From IMG/VR virus record IMGVR_UViG_2684623171_000009: a stretch of DNA of 64,000 nucleotides; one strand, given 5' to 3'. The notes under the pieces were generated by a model that was not told where the DNA came from, made no database searches, and saw only the letters and a program-made list of their open reading frames with translations. The stretch is from a virus (taxonomy: Duplodnaviria > Heunggongvirae > Uroviricota > Caudoviricetes). Below, piece after piece: positions 1 through 8,235 of this stretch. Positions within the stretch are counted from its first letter, which is position 1; every line of letters begins with the position of its first letter. The position numbers and the translations under genes were made by a program.

Positions 1-93
1 ATGAAGATCGTAAAGGCTGAAGTTTTTGTTACCTGTCCGGGGCGTAATTTCGTCACATTAAAAATCACCACTGAGGACGGTATTACACCATAA
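1..93 (+). pseudogene. rspA: 5' fragment (28 codons then stop) resembling the N-terminus of enolase-superfamily mannonate dehydratase RspA; truncated at the prophage boundary
   Basis: Translation [30 protein letters not shown] matches the recalled RspA N-terminus, then diverges into phage sequence. Confidence 0.5.
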
Positions 94-264
94 ATTTTTG
101 GCTTGCTGATTTCTGCACGCATCGATAAGACGGATGAATTCCTCCCGCGAAAGAGGATCCGGAATGGTTCTTGATTCCTTTAATGGCGAGATCCCCTTAA
201 ACGGGTTATCTGCCAGGTAACCGTTATCAACACCAAACTGGAACACGGCGTTAAGATTTGTCAT
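58..264 (-). pseudogene. Tyrosine integrase internal fragment (remnant)
   Basis: 68-aa ORF with integrase-like linker motif DNPFKGISPLKE...LSREEFIRLIDA; no catalytic domain follows; overlaps the rspA fragment. Confidence 0.45.
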
Positions 265-783
265 GTAATTATTTACAGTTACAGCCGATCTCCCTGGTTG
301 TGTAACAATATAGTTACTTTTGGGGATCTGGTATCCAGTCAGTAGCTCTTTACGAACCTCCAGTAATTTTTCTTTATTAATCGATGAGGCAAGATTTTTT
401 TCACCGATTATGCTCAGGATATTTTTGATGACGGCACGGTATGTGTTGAGTGATGTTTTTGCGACTTCAGTTTCTTTCAGTGCCAGAAATTTTTCAGCCA
501 GTTCTTTTATGGTTAAATCTTGTCGGGCCTCACCAAATTTTTCCAGATTGCGTGAGGAGGGAAACTGTTTTGCATAGTCGAAAACACCAGTTTTTATTGC
601 GTAACAAACAGAGGCGCGTAGCTCACCTGCAACGCGCCTGTTTTTTGCTGTGTCAGGAACCCCAGGTTTTCCCTGACTCTTACGCCTTTATAAACAAACC
701 AGATACGTAATTTCCCTCCATGGTTTTCCACGCCTGTCGGATATTTCATTTCAACTTCTCTCATTAGTTAGTGTGGCTTTTAG

Positions 784-1035
784 TCAAGTAAGATGACGTC
801 TTGGTCTTGCTGATGCCTGGCGCTCAATCCAGCGATCAATTTCTTCCAGGTTGTAAAAGCATGGACTGTTATCCCATGGCATACCGTCATGAGCGACATG
901 CTTATATTCCCTTCCTTCCATAAACGATTTTTCCCGGGCCTTTTTTAACGTACCTTTTTTTATTCCTTTCAGCGCAATTAACTGCTCTTCGGATACCCAT
1001 TTGCCGGGAGAGACAATCATGATTACTTCGCTCAT
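784..1035 (-). CDS. Excisionase-like small DNA-binding protein
   Basis: 83-aa ORF directly upstream of the integrase remnant, same strand; basic small protein in the Xis position. Confidence 0.4.
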   Translation of the reverse strand: MSEVIMIVSPGKWVSEEQLIALKGIKKGTLKKAREKSFMEGREYKHVAHDGMPWDNSPCFYNLEEIDRWIERQASARPRRHLT

Positions 1036-1107
1036 CGATTTCTTTATCTCTTACATCAGACGAGCGCCGGTTGCAGAATACCAGTCACAACCGGCGACAG
1101 TTGAACA

Positions 1108-3579
1108 TTAAGAATCAGCCTGACTCGGGATCAGTTTTTGCCAGATAGCTGAAACGTATTTTGCCTGGTAACGGGCGTCATCAAGTGCATTATGGCGCTC
1201 ACCTTCGAATGGAATAGCCGTTCTGGCATCGAAGTCTATGGCTTTCCCCAGCTCAACGATTGTGCGTACATCGCGATCGTTGTAGTAACGCCACGGGCAG
1301 GGGCTCCCCTGCCGTTCGTATGAACGGCGCAAAATCGTGTTGTCGAAGTTGGCTCCATTTCCCCAGACATGAACAAAAAATTCACCGGAGTTTTCGTCGA
1401 TAAATTCCCGCAATTGTAACAGTGCATCATCTAACGGGATTTCATCGGTCATAATGGCAGATTGCGCTTCGCGTGATTGTTTAAGCCACCATTTCATGGT
1501 GTCCCGATCAATGACTCCGCCAGCAGTATCCAGATCGATAGTCTTACTAAATTCCGGTCCCATATCTCCGGTTTGCGGATCGAAAAATATTGCACCTATT
1601 GAGATAATCGGGGCATCGGGATTTTTTCCCATGGTTTCAAGATCGATCATCAGATGAATCCCCGCTCTGCTGGTGGATGTGAGATTATGATGACCGTTCG
1701 CCTTAATTAAGGGATCTGACGCCTCGCCAGTTTCACTATCGCTGGCATGATGCTGATTGCCGCCAGTGTTCTCCTTGTGCTGATGTGCAGTACCTTCCAT
1801 TTCCTCCGGATCATTTTCCTGAACTTCAGGCTGATTCTCTCCATCGAATATTTCCTGGTATGTTGCGTCACCCATCACCGCACCACAATCAGGGCAGTTG
1901 CCGCCACCGCTCTGACCGCAGGCGGTGCAGATCTTTTCCGGTTCCTGTTGCACTACTGGTTCAGGTTGTTTCGTTTCTGGCTCGTTTTGTTGCGTATTTG
2001 GGCTGTTTTGTTCCGCTTTCTGGTCGTTCTGTTCCGTTTCTTGCTGGTTCTGGTTCACAGAATCGCGGGTCTGGATCCCCTTAACCCATTTCGGATCATT
2101 CGGGTCGCTAATCCCTTCAACAAATTCACCACGTGATACTGCAAGCAGTTCCTCGGCGTCAGGCTGGCTGATATTGGCTGCCTGCATAATTTTCTTTACT
2201 TCGTCAGCGGTAACTTTTACCGGTTCTGGTTGTTCAGAATTTTGTGCGGTATTTGCATTTTGCGGTAAGCCTGTGTATGTGCCATTTTTTCGGGCAAAAT
2301 ATTCTTCTTTTGTGATTTCAGTAGCCCCGGCAGCCAGCGCCTTATCCAGACCAGAAAGTTTGTTTGCGCGACCGTATTTTTCGCCATCCTTGTCGGTGAA
2401 GAGGAAGTAGAACGGCCCCTCACGTTCTACAGATGGTTCGACTTCCACTTTGCATTCGGTTTTTTCGTTGTCCGGAATTGCCGTTTCCACTGCATCAGTT
2501 TCTGGTACTGGCGACGAGAGAGTATCAGTTGCGCTCTGATTTGTTCCTTCATCTTCAAACACGCCCTTTGTAGTCAGGTATTCAGTAATGTATTTGTTCA
2601 GTGCCACAGGGTCTTTGTGAATGTCGATCGGACGTTCACGGACAAGGCCAAAAATAGTCTGGCGGTCGTAGCGAAGGGCATCAGGCTGTTTGCGCATTGA
2701 TGCCGAGATACGCTTCCAGTCTTCGCGGCCGTTGTCGATAACTTCATTTTTTGCCCAGCGATGGATGCTGCCGTCAATGTTTCCGGCATCCACATCACCA
2801 GGCCAGAGAGCGTAGGCCAGTTCGTCATCCAGTGTTTTCCATGTCTGCTTGTATTCGCGATGAATGGCAGCAATGACCGGGTTGATTTTTCCTGTTGAAT
2901 TTTCAGTGTGCTGTTGATTGGCTCTGGCGCGGGCGAGATCAACAACAGACGTGTATTTTCCGGCTTCCTTGCGTTCACCTTCGCGACGTTTTTTCCAGAT
3001 GCGCATCTCTGCCTGAATTTCGGGCCATTTGGCACCAGGCTTACATTTATGCTTAACCCACCCGATGGCATGCAGCTTAAGCTCCGGATACATAGCGTTA
3101 ACTTCTGGCATTTTCATCAACGCTTCAACGATATGGCCGTCGAATGTTGCCATGTCTTCCTGCAACAATTCCTGTGCGCTAATCACCATATCAACAGTGA
3201 TGTTTTCACATGTGTCGAACTTAACCATGACAGCGTTCTGTACTTCAGGGGCCAGGTTGTCAAAAGTGACGTTCATCGGATCGGATTCAGTCTCGACCGG
3301 GACAAAGGAAGCAGACGCCTCATCCCAGCGGTTTTCCTGCATATATTCAGCATCCCAGGAATCGAGGGCAGGGCGGGGTATACCGGGTTTATCCTCGCAA
3401 ACAAGAAATTTATAAGCGCAGTCCTGAGCAGCCGGATAATGTTCCAGGAATTGCCAGTGAAATTTTGCGCGGGCGCGACGTTCATCACCGGCTTCAATGG
3501 CAGTGGCTACAGCGACGGCACCTTCTTCCTTTATTGCCTGTTCGTCCGGAATGGCGGCGCAAATAAAGACTTTACTCAT
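1108..3579 (-). CDS. Large early-left-operon protein with C-terminal DEDDh (DnaQ-like) 3'-5' exonuclease domain, central zinc ribbon and Q/E/P-rich linker
   Basis: 823-aa ORF; Exo I motif MIDLETMG, Exo III motif HNALDDA; CTACGQSGGGNCPDCG; occupies the ydfE/recE position next to xis. Confidence 0.6.
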   Translation of the reverse strand: MSKVFICAAIPDEQAIKEEGAVAVATAIEAGDERRARAKFHWQFLEHYPAAQDCAYKFLVCEDKPGIPRPALDSWDAEYMQENRWDEASASFVPVETESDPMNVTFDNLAPEVQNAVMVKFDTCENITVDMVISAQELLQEDMATFDGHIVEALMKMPEVNAMYPELKLHAIGWVKHKCKPGAKWPEIQAEMRIWKKRREGERKEAGKYTSVVDLARARANQQHTENSTGKINPVIAAIHREYKQTWKTLDDELAYALWPGDVDAGNIDGSIHRWAKNEVIDNGREDWKRISASMRKQPDALRYDRQTIFGLVRERPIDIHKDPVALNKYITEYLTTKGVFEDEGTNQSATDTLSSPVPETDAVETAIPDNEKTECKVEVEPSVEREGPFYFLFTDKDGEKYGRANKLSGLDKALAAGATEITKEEYFARKNGTYTGLPQNANTAQNSEQPEPVKVTADEVKKIMQAANISQPDAEELLAVSRGEFVEGISDPNDPKWVKGIQTRDSVNQNQQETEQNDQKAEQNSPNTQQNEPETKQPEPVVQQEPEKICTACGQSGGGNCPDCGAVMGDATYQEIFDGENQPEVQENDPEEMEGTAHQHKENTGGNQHHASDSETGEASDPLIKANGHHNLTSTSRAGIHLMIDLETMGKNPDAPIISIGAIFFDPQTGDMGPEFSKTIDLDTAGGVIDRDTMKWWLKQSREAQSAIMTDEIPLDDALLQLREFIDENSGEFFVHVWGNGANFDNTILRRSYERQGSPCPWRYYNDRDVRTIVELGKAIDFDARTAIPFEGERHNALDDARYQAKYVSAIWQKLIPSQADS

Positions 3580-3671
3580 TTTGTTTTACCTCATTACAGA
3601 TTTAAGGGTGAACAAATCCCTGCCATTGCTGGCATATAAGAATGAAATCGGATGTTTATTACGGAACTGTT

Positions 3672-3863
3672 TTAAAGACCTGCCGGGATTTCGTTATTAT
3701 CCTGGTGAATAACTTTATCGACCGGGTAACAGTTACCGGGAATTTTCTGTTCGGTTGCTGCAGTCACACACTCCTGCATTGTCCTGTGAACACTGACTGC
3801 AATATCAACTGGCTCTCCGGAAACAAGAAAAACTGTCAGAACAAGTGCAAATGCTGTATTCAT
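3672..3863 (-). CDS. ydfD: YdfD-like small membrane (lysis-type) protein, 63 aa
   Basis: Internal Met of ORF 3672..3917 gives a 63-aa protein with N-terminal hydrophobic helix; overlaps dicB stop by 4 nt. Confidence 0.5.
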   Translation of the reverse strand: MNTAFALVLTVFLVSGEPVDIAVSVHRTMQECVTAATEQKIPGNCYPVDKVIHQDNNEIPAGL

Positions 3864-4048
3864 TGCCAGCATCCTTTTTGTATCGGACGTAAACGGGCCA
3901 ACATTGAAAGAATGCATATTTTATTTAATAGCTCCCGTTCGTGTTTTCTCTTGTTAATGGCATCTTCAGTAAATACAGGGTTACTGATAGTGACACCAAT
4001 TTCAAAACAACCTTCAGACGTATTAACGTTTGGTAATAACGTTTCCAT
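3860..4048 (-). CDS. dicB: Cell-division inhibitor DicB (62 aa)
   Basis: Internal start METLLPNVNTSEGCFEIGVTISNPVFTEDAINKR... matches recalled DicB; lies downstream of DicF as in Qin. Confidence 0.8.
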   Translation of the reverse strand: METLLPNVNTSEGCFEIGVTISNPVFTEDAINKRKHERELLNKICILSMLARLRPIQKGCWQ

Positions 4049-4222
4049 TATCGCGTCCTCAACAATGAATTTTGTGATGCGGTGCCTGGTGCCTCCAGGT
4101 GACGTTAACCAGTTAACAATTAACGCCGGATACAGAGAATCCCCCCATAACACTGTTTTTGGTTTTAACTGTTCCGCGTGCGCTCAGCCGCATTCACCGC
4201 ATCACAAAATTCACTTTAAAAA

Positions 4223-4275
4223 GGGCGGCAGAGCAGTCACGGAGTAAAACTGATACCGCCAAACGTCACCAGAAA
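4223..4275 (-). ncRNA. dicF: DicF small RNA (53 nt) with intrinsic terminator
   Basis: Minus-strand sequence UUUCUGGUGACGUUUGGCGGUAUCAGUUUUACUCCGUGACUGCUCUGCCGCCC followed by a U-run; immediately upstream of dicB. Confidence 0.85.
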
Positions 4276-4616
4276 ATTGATAACAGAGGGCGTTGCAGCG
4301 GGGTTGTCACTTAAGCGTATGGTCAACCTGACAACCCGGTGTCCTCAACGGGGGAAGGAATAACCCCTCCATACTTACCGCCGCGCCATTTCGCGGATTG
4401 CCACAACCGGAAGCGCACGGTCGACGAAAATTTAACGACAGGCTATCTATGAACCAGCTACCTCGCCGTGCGCTTTCGCGTTATGGTCTGACTTTTCAGG
4501 GAAATATCCTTTCAGTAAACTGTCAGTGCCGTATGCTCACCCGTGTCCGGCGCACGCACTCCACCTCACCCGTGGAGAACTCCTTAATTACCAACCTTAG
4601 CTTCGTTGGTTAGCTA

Positions 4617-4835
4617 TTAACGCGGGTATGTAATCATTCTGGCAATGCTTAATGCCGCTGCTTTTTCCAGATTGGTGATATCCTGCTCCAGAGCGGACAG
4701 ATTTTCAGCCTGCTTAGCCCTGGCTTCATTGGCCCATTTCAGATCCTGCGCTGCATTAATTTTCTGGTGCATCCACTCATAAAGTTCATCATCGGTATAG
4801 TCTGGCGCGATGATGACGGGTTCTCGTTTCTGCAT
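4617..4835 (-). CDS. YdfC-like small prophage protein (72 aa)
   Basis: 72-aa ORF upstream of dicF on the operon strand; size and position match Qin ydfC. Confidence 0.4.
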   Translation of the reverse strand: MQKREPVIIAPDYTDDELYEWMHQKINAAQDLKWANEARAKQAENLSALEQDITNLEKAAALSIARMITYPR

Positions 4836-4927
4836 GTCGGCTCCTTGTGGTTAGCGTTGCCTGCTTTTAACCACGTCAGGCGAGGTGGTATCCTCTGAGG
4901 GGTCTGTTACTCGAGAGGAAATTGGTT

Positions 4928-5128
4928 ATGAATACAATCAAGTTTTCTTGCCCAGAATGTGGTGGCGAAGTCTTTGACACATCCTTTAAGCCGCAGGGCT
5001 CTGACAGTTTCGCGGGAGCCATCTGCAAAAATTGTGGTCACCTTGTAACTGAAGATGAGTCCTCGCAGTTCGATGACGAAATCGTTGACAATATCTTCGG
5101 TGCACTCACCAGAGACTTTCTGAAGTAA
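4928..5128 (+). CDS. Small zinc-ribbon protein (66 aa), antisense to the dicB operon
   Basis: CPECGG...CKNCG zinc-ribbon pattern, acidic C-terminus, GAGG upstream of ATG; an overlapping minus-strand ORF also exists. Confidence 0.5.
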   Translation: MNTIKFSCPECGGEVFDTSFKPQGSDSFAGAICKNCGHLVTEDESSQFDDEIVDNIFGALTRDFLK

Positions 5129-5469
5129 AGGCGCATACCGCTTAGTTACCGCTCTGATAACTCTTACCTGTCCTGCAATGGCGCTGATGTCAATATAAAG
5201 CGCCATTGCTGCTTCTTTGCCGATCCCGGGATGCCTTCCATTCTGATGTTTGACTTCGCCCACTGAGAAACCCTCTGTTTCCCCTTAACGCCGGGGTAGC
5301 GGAACAAAAACCTGCTGCATAGTTATTAAAGTTGAACCCTGCCGTCATGTTCATACGCCTCGGGCTGGCTACTTAACCCCTGACCACTGCCGGGTAACTC
5401 GAAGTATTTCCCTGCGTTCTGTGGGGCGGGGTGGGTTGGTATTTTTAGTTTAATAAACATTAAACTTAA

Positions 5470-5540
5470 GTCAAGTAAAAACTAAACCGCGGGACATAAC
5501 AAACACAACGCTTTTGATAAAGTCGTTGCGGTTGTTATGT
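5470..5540 (-). terminator. Putative intrinsic terminator downstream of the toxin gene
   Basis: About 17-bp imperfect inverted repeat (GACATAACAAACACAACG...CGTTGCGGTTGTTATGT) followed on the minus strand by a U-rich tract; coordinates approximate. Confidence 0.35.
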
Positions 5541-5558
5541 TTCTATTGGTAGTGAAAG

Positions 5559-5837
5559 TTAGGGAAACTGGCGTCTTGCGTGGATCACGTTTACTACTTC
5601 AACGCTTGATGTTGTTACGCGGTATAGAATTATATAGTTAGGGTGGGCTACAATCTCACGCAAGCCAGGTACTCTGTCGCTTGGTGGGTATAAATACGGA
5701 TGTTCGGATAACGGCAGCACACAACCCCTTAATCGCTGCCATAAGCGTTCAGCCGCATCTATGTCGAAACGAGCAATATAACTAGTTATATCATCTAGGT
5801 CGGTATCTGCGCTTTCAAGCCATAACACGGGTAACAT
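5559..5837 (-). CDS. parE2: ParE/RelE-superfamily type II toxin (92 aa), ParE2-like
   Basis: C-terminal motif ...YRVTTSSVEVVNVIHARRQFP; start 1 nt after the antitoxin stop. Confidence 0.75.
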   Translation of the reverse strand: MLPVLWLESADTDLDDITSYIARFDIDAAERLWQRLRGCVLPLSEHPYLYPPSDRVPGLREIVAHPNYIILYRVTTSSVEVVNVIHARRQFP

Positions 5838-5838
5838 T

Positions 5839-6030
5839 TTACTGCTTGCTCCGTTCCTTGCGCATCTTAGCAAAGCGTTCTGCCATTCTGCGCTCAACTT
5901 CGTCATGGGGAATTGCTGGGCGCGGATCTGCAAGGCTCGTTGCTACTTTCGCACGCAGCCATTCGTTGTAACTGTTTTCTTGTTCAATGGTTTCAAATTC
6001 AGAAACCATTGGTGAAAGGGCTCTATTCAT
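5839..6030 (-). CDS. paaA2: Antitoxin (63 aa), PaaA2-like
   Basis: 63-aa ORF immediately upstream of and translationally coupled to the ParE-like toxin. Confidence 0.65.
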   Translation of the reverse strand: MNRALSPMVSEFETIEQENSYNEWLRAKVATSLADPRPAIPHDEVERRMAERFAKMRKERSKQ

Positions 6031-6050
6031 GTTTCCTCCGGTTTTATAAC

Positions 6051-6422
6051 TCAGGCGCGGCGGCATTTTTGCGCCGCAATCCATCTCGCTATGAGATCTT
6101 CCATTGATTCTTTTTTCTGCTTTAACTCGCTGATTATCTGGCGTTGCTCATCCTCAGGGAAGGCTGAAAAAATCTGCAATAATTCCAGTTGATTAGACGT
6201 TAACCCTGCATGTGGTGGAGAACCCCCCGGTTGTTCTGCGTATTCCGCATCCAGATACCCTTCCGGCATCCCGTATGTTTGCTCTATTCTTCTGGCAGCC
6301 TTTTCTCCAAACGAGGCTCTCCCACTCATTAGTTGAGATAGGTAGCTCTTCTCTTTGGGTGGCAGAGTTTTATCTTTAAACCACTCCTTGAGACGTAAAC
6401 GGCGAATTTCTTTTTTTTGCAT
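6051..6422 (-). CDS. paaR2: XRE/DicA-like HTH regulator (123 aa), PaaR2-like
   Basis: N-terminal HTH; C-terminus resembles DicA; first gene of the three-gene toxin-antitoxin operon; divergent from a Cro-like gene. Confidence 0.65.
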   Translation of the reverse strand: MQKKEIRRLRLKEWFKDKTLPPKEKSYLSQLMSGRASFGEKAARRIEQTYGMPEGYLDAEYAEQPGGSPPHAGLTSNQLELLQIFSAFPEDEQRQIISELKQKKESMEDLIARWIAAQKCRRA

Positions 6423-6519
6423 GTGGTAATTATCTTTAGTAATCACTAAACAAGCAAATACTTGACTTAATGGTTTATTAAACACTAAACTCGCAAAAAA
6501 ACACTAAACCGAGGAAGGT
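6423..6519. promoter_or_regulatory. Divergent promoter/operator region between the DicA-like regulator and the Cro-like gene
   Basis: Three direct copies of CACTAAAC; TTGACT(-35)-like hexamer about 17 bp from TAAACT; RBS GAGGAAGG before the 6520 ATG. Confidence 0.5.
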
Positions 6520-6822
6520 ATGACATTAAAAGAGTTTATTAAATCATTAAGGGTTGGTGATGCTAAGAAATTCGCGGCCAGACTTGGTGTATCGCCATCT
6601 TACTTATCGCAAATGGCGTCTGGACGAACAGCTATATCTCCAACCCGCGCCCTTATGATCGAATCTGCGACGGAAGGCCAAGTAAGTAGGGCGGAGCTAC
6701 GACCCCATGATTGGGAGCTTATTTGGCCTGAGTATGCGAGCGGCATTCGTTTGGGGCAAACACATGTAGTTCATGCTGAAGGTGATTGTAGTGCATGCTT
6801 ATCTGATGGAGTTGATTCATGA
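6520..6822 (+). CDS. YdaS-like Cro-type HTH regulator
   Basis: LGVSPSYLSQMASGRTAISPTRALMIESATEGQVSRAELRPHDW pattern as in YdaS; divergent from the repressor. Confidence 0.6.
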   Translation: MTLKEFIKSLRVGDAKKFAARLGVSPSYLSQMASGRTAISPTRALMIESATEGQVSRAELRPHDWELIWPEYASGIRLGQTHVVHAEGDCSACLSDGVDS

Positions 6823-7244
6823 AAATCAAGCATGAACACATCCGCATGGCGATGAATGTCTGGGCGCATCCGGACGGCGAAAAAGTACCGGCTGCGAAAA
6901 TTACCAAAGCGTATTTCGAGCTGGGAATGACGTTCCCGGAACTGTATGACGACAGCCATCCGGAAGCCCTGGCCCGTAATACCCAGAAAATTTTCCGTTG
7001 GCTGGATAAAGACACCCCTGATGCTGTTGAAAAAATGCAGGCTCTGTTACCGGCGATCGAAAAGGCGATGCCGCCTTTGCTGGTGGCCCGTATGCGCAGC
7101 CACAGTTCTGAATATTACCGTGAGATCGTCGAACGGAGGGATCGGCTGGTGAAGGATGTCGATGATTTTGTTGCGTCAGCGGTTGTTTTGTATGACCAGA
7201 TGAATCGCGGCGGCCCGGCAGGGAATGCTGTGGTGATGCACTAA
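6819..7244 (+). CDS. YdaT-like (CII-like) regulator
   Basis: Starts MKIKHEHI as in YdaT; overlaps the YdaS-like stop. Confidence 0.55.
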   Translation: MKIKHEHIRMAMNVWAHPDGEKVPAAKITKAYFELGMTFPELYDDSHPEALARNTQKIFRWLDKDTPDAVEKMQALLPAIEKAMPPLLVARMRSHSSEYYREIVERRDRLVKDVDDFVASAVVLYDQMNRGGPAGNAVVMH

Positions 7245-7266
7245 AAGCACGGTGTTCGGGGGTTTT

Positions 7267-8229
7267 ATGAGCAGCAAGCTTCATGGTCTTGTCTGGGAAG
7301 GGTGCGCCTTCACCGGCATGATCTTATCCAGGGTGGCGGTTATGGCCCGTCTTGCAGACTACAGCAATGACGAGGGCGTGTCATGGCCTGCCATTGAAAC
7401 TATCCGGCGTCAGATCGGTGCAAGAAGTGAATCCACAGTGAAATCGGCTATTGCAGAACTGGCGAAAGAGGGCTGGCTGACGAAGGAAGAGCGTAAGGTC
7501 GGTGGGCGTAATGTAAGCAATATCTATCGGCTTAATGTGGAAAAACTCGAAGCAGCTGCTGCGGCGGCGCGTGAGTCATATAAACCGAAAAGAAAAATTA
7601 GCCCGGCAAAAAATGACCCGTTAACAGTTGACCCGTCAAATATTGCCCCCTCAACGGTTGACCCGTCAAATTTTGATGGATCAACTGTTGATAACAAACT
7701 GCCGATTAGGGGGGCGATGATTGACCCCAATCCGTCAGTATTAAAACCTGATCCGTCAGATAAAAGATCTTCTTGTCCGGACGCTTCGCAACCGGACCCG
7801 CAGACGGCTGAACAGAATTTTTTAACCCGACACCCTGACGCGGTTGTGTTCAGTGCGAAAAAACGCCAGTGGGGAAGTCAGGAAGATTTGGTGTGCGCAC
7901 AGTGGATCTGGGGACGAATCGTGAGTCTTTACGAGCAGGCGGCCAGCGATGATGGCGAGATCACGAGACCGAAAGAACCCAACTGGACTGCATGGGCCAA
8001 TGACGTGCGGACAATGCGGATGCTGGATGGCAGAACTCACAGACAAATTTGTGAAATGTTTGGGCGTCTCCAGCGGGATTCGTTCTGGGTAAAAAACATC
8101 ATGAGTCCGGCAAAACTCCGGGAAAAATGGGATGAACTGGTTATCCGCCTGGGGCGTTCGCCCGCGCAGCGTTGCGTGAATCACATTTCTGAACCGGACA
8201 CTGAAATACCGCCGGGATTCAGGGGGTGA
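7267..8229 (+). CDS. Replication initiator (lambda O-like, N-terminal winged HTH) with internal origin iterons
   Basis: HTH N-terminus; iteron DNA repeats inside the ORF encode LTVDPSNIAPSTVDPSNFDGSTVD; followed by a helicase loader. Confidence 0.6.
   Translation: MSSKLHGLVWEGCAFTGMILSRVAVMARLADYSNDEGVSWPAIETIRRQIGARSESTVKSAIAELAKEGWLTKEERKVGGRNVSNIYRLNVEKLEAAAAAARESYKPKRKISPAKNDPLTVDPSNIAPSTVDPSNFDGSTVDNKLPIRGAMIDPNPSVLKPDPSDKRSSCPDASQPDPQTAEQNFLTRHPDAVVFSAKKRQWGSQEDLVCAQWIWGRIVSLYEQAASDDGEITRPKEPNWTAWANDVRTMRMLDGRTHRQICEMFGRLQRDSFWVKNIMSPAKLREKWDELVIRLGRSPAQRCVNHISEPDTEIPPGFRG
7610..7765. repeat. Putative phage origin iterons
   Basis: Two perfect GTTGACCCGTCAAAT copies 30 bp apart plus degenerate copies (GACCCGTTAAC, TTGACCCCAATCCGTCAG, GATCCGTCAGATAA). 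Confidence 0.5.
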
Positions 8230-8235
8230 CGTGTC

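Noticed and set aside
320-710. Two overlapping plus-strand ORFs (85 and 86 aa)
   Set aside because: They lie antisense to the integrase remnant region, have low-complexity composition and no RBS or conserved features.
1236-3639. Multiple ORFs antisense to or out of frame within the 823-aa exonuclease gene
   Set aside because: All are nested in a long, well-supported coding frame on the other strand and look like shadow ORFs.
4907-5263. 118-aa minus-strand ORF fully overlapping the zinc-ribbon gene
   Set aside because: The plus-strand ORF has a clear CxxC...CxxC zinc-ribbon pattern and an RBS, so the minus ORF is treated as an antisense shadow. It does start where ydfA starts in prophage B with a similar GAGG context, so this is not certain.
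5559-6030. relBE as the identity of the toxin-antitoxin pair
   Set aside because: The toxin has a ParE-type C-terminus and sits in a three-gene operon with a DicA-like regulator, not the RelB/RelE arrangement next to hok seen in Qin.
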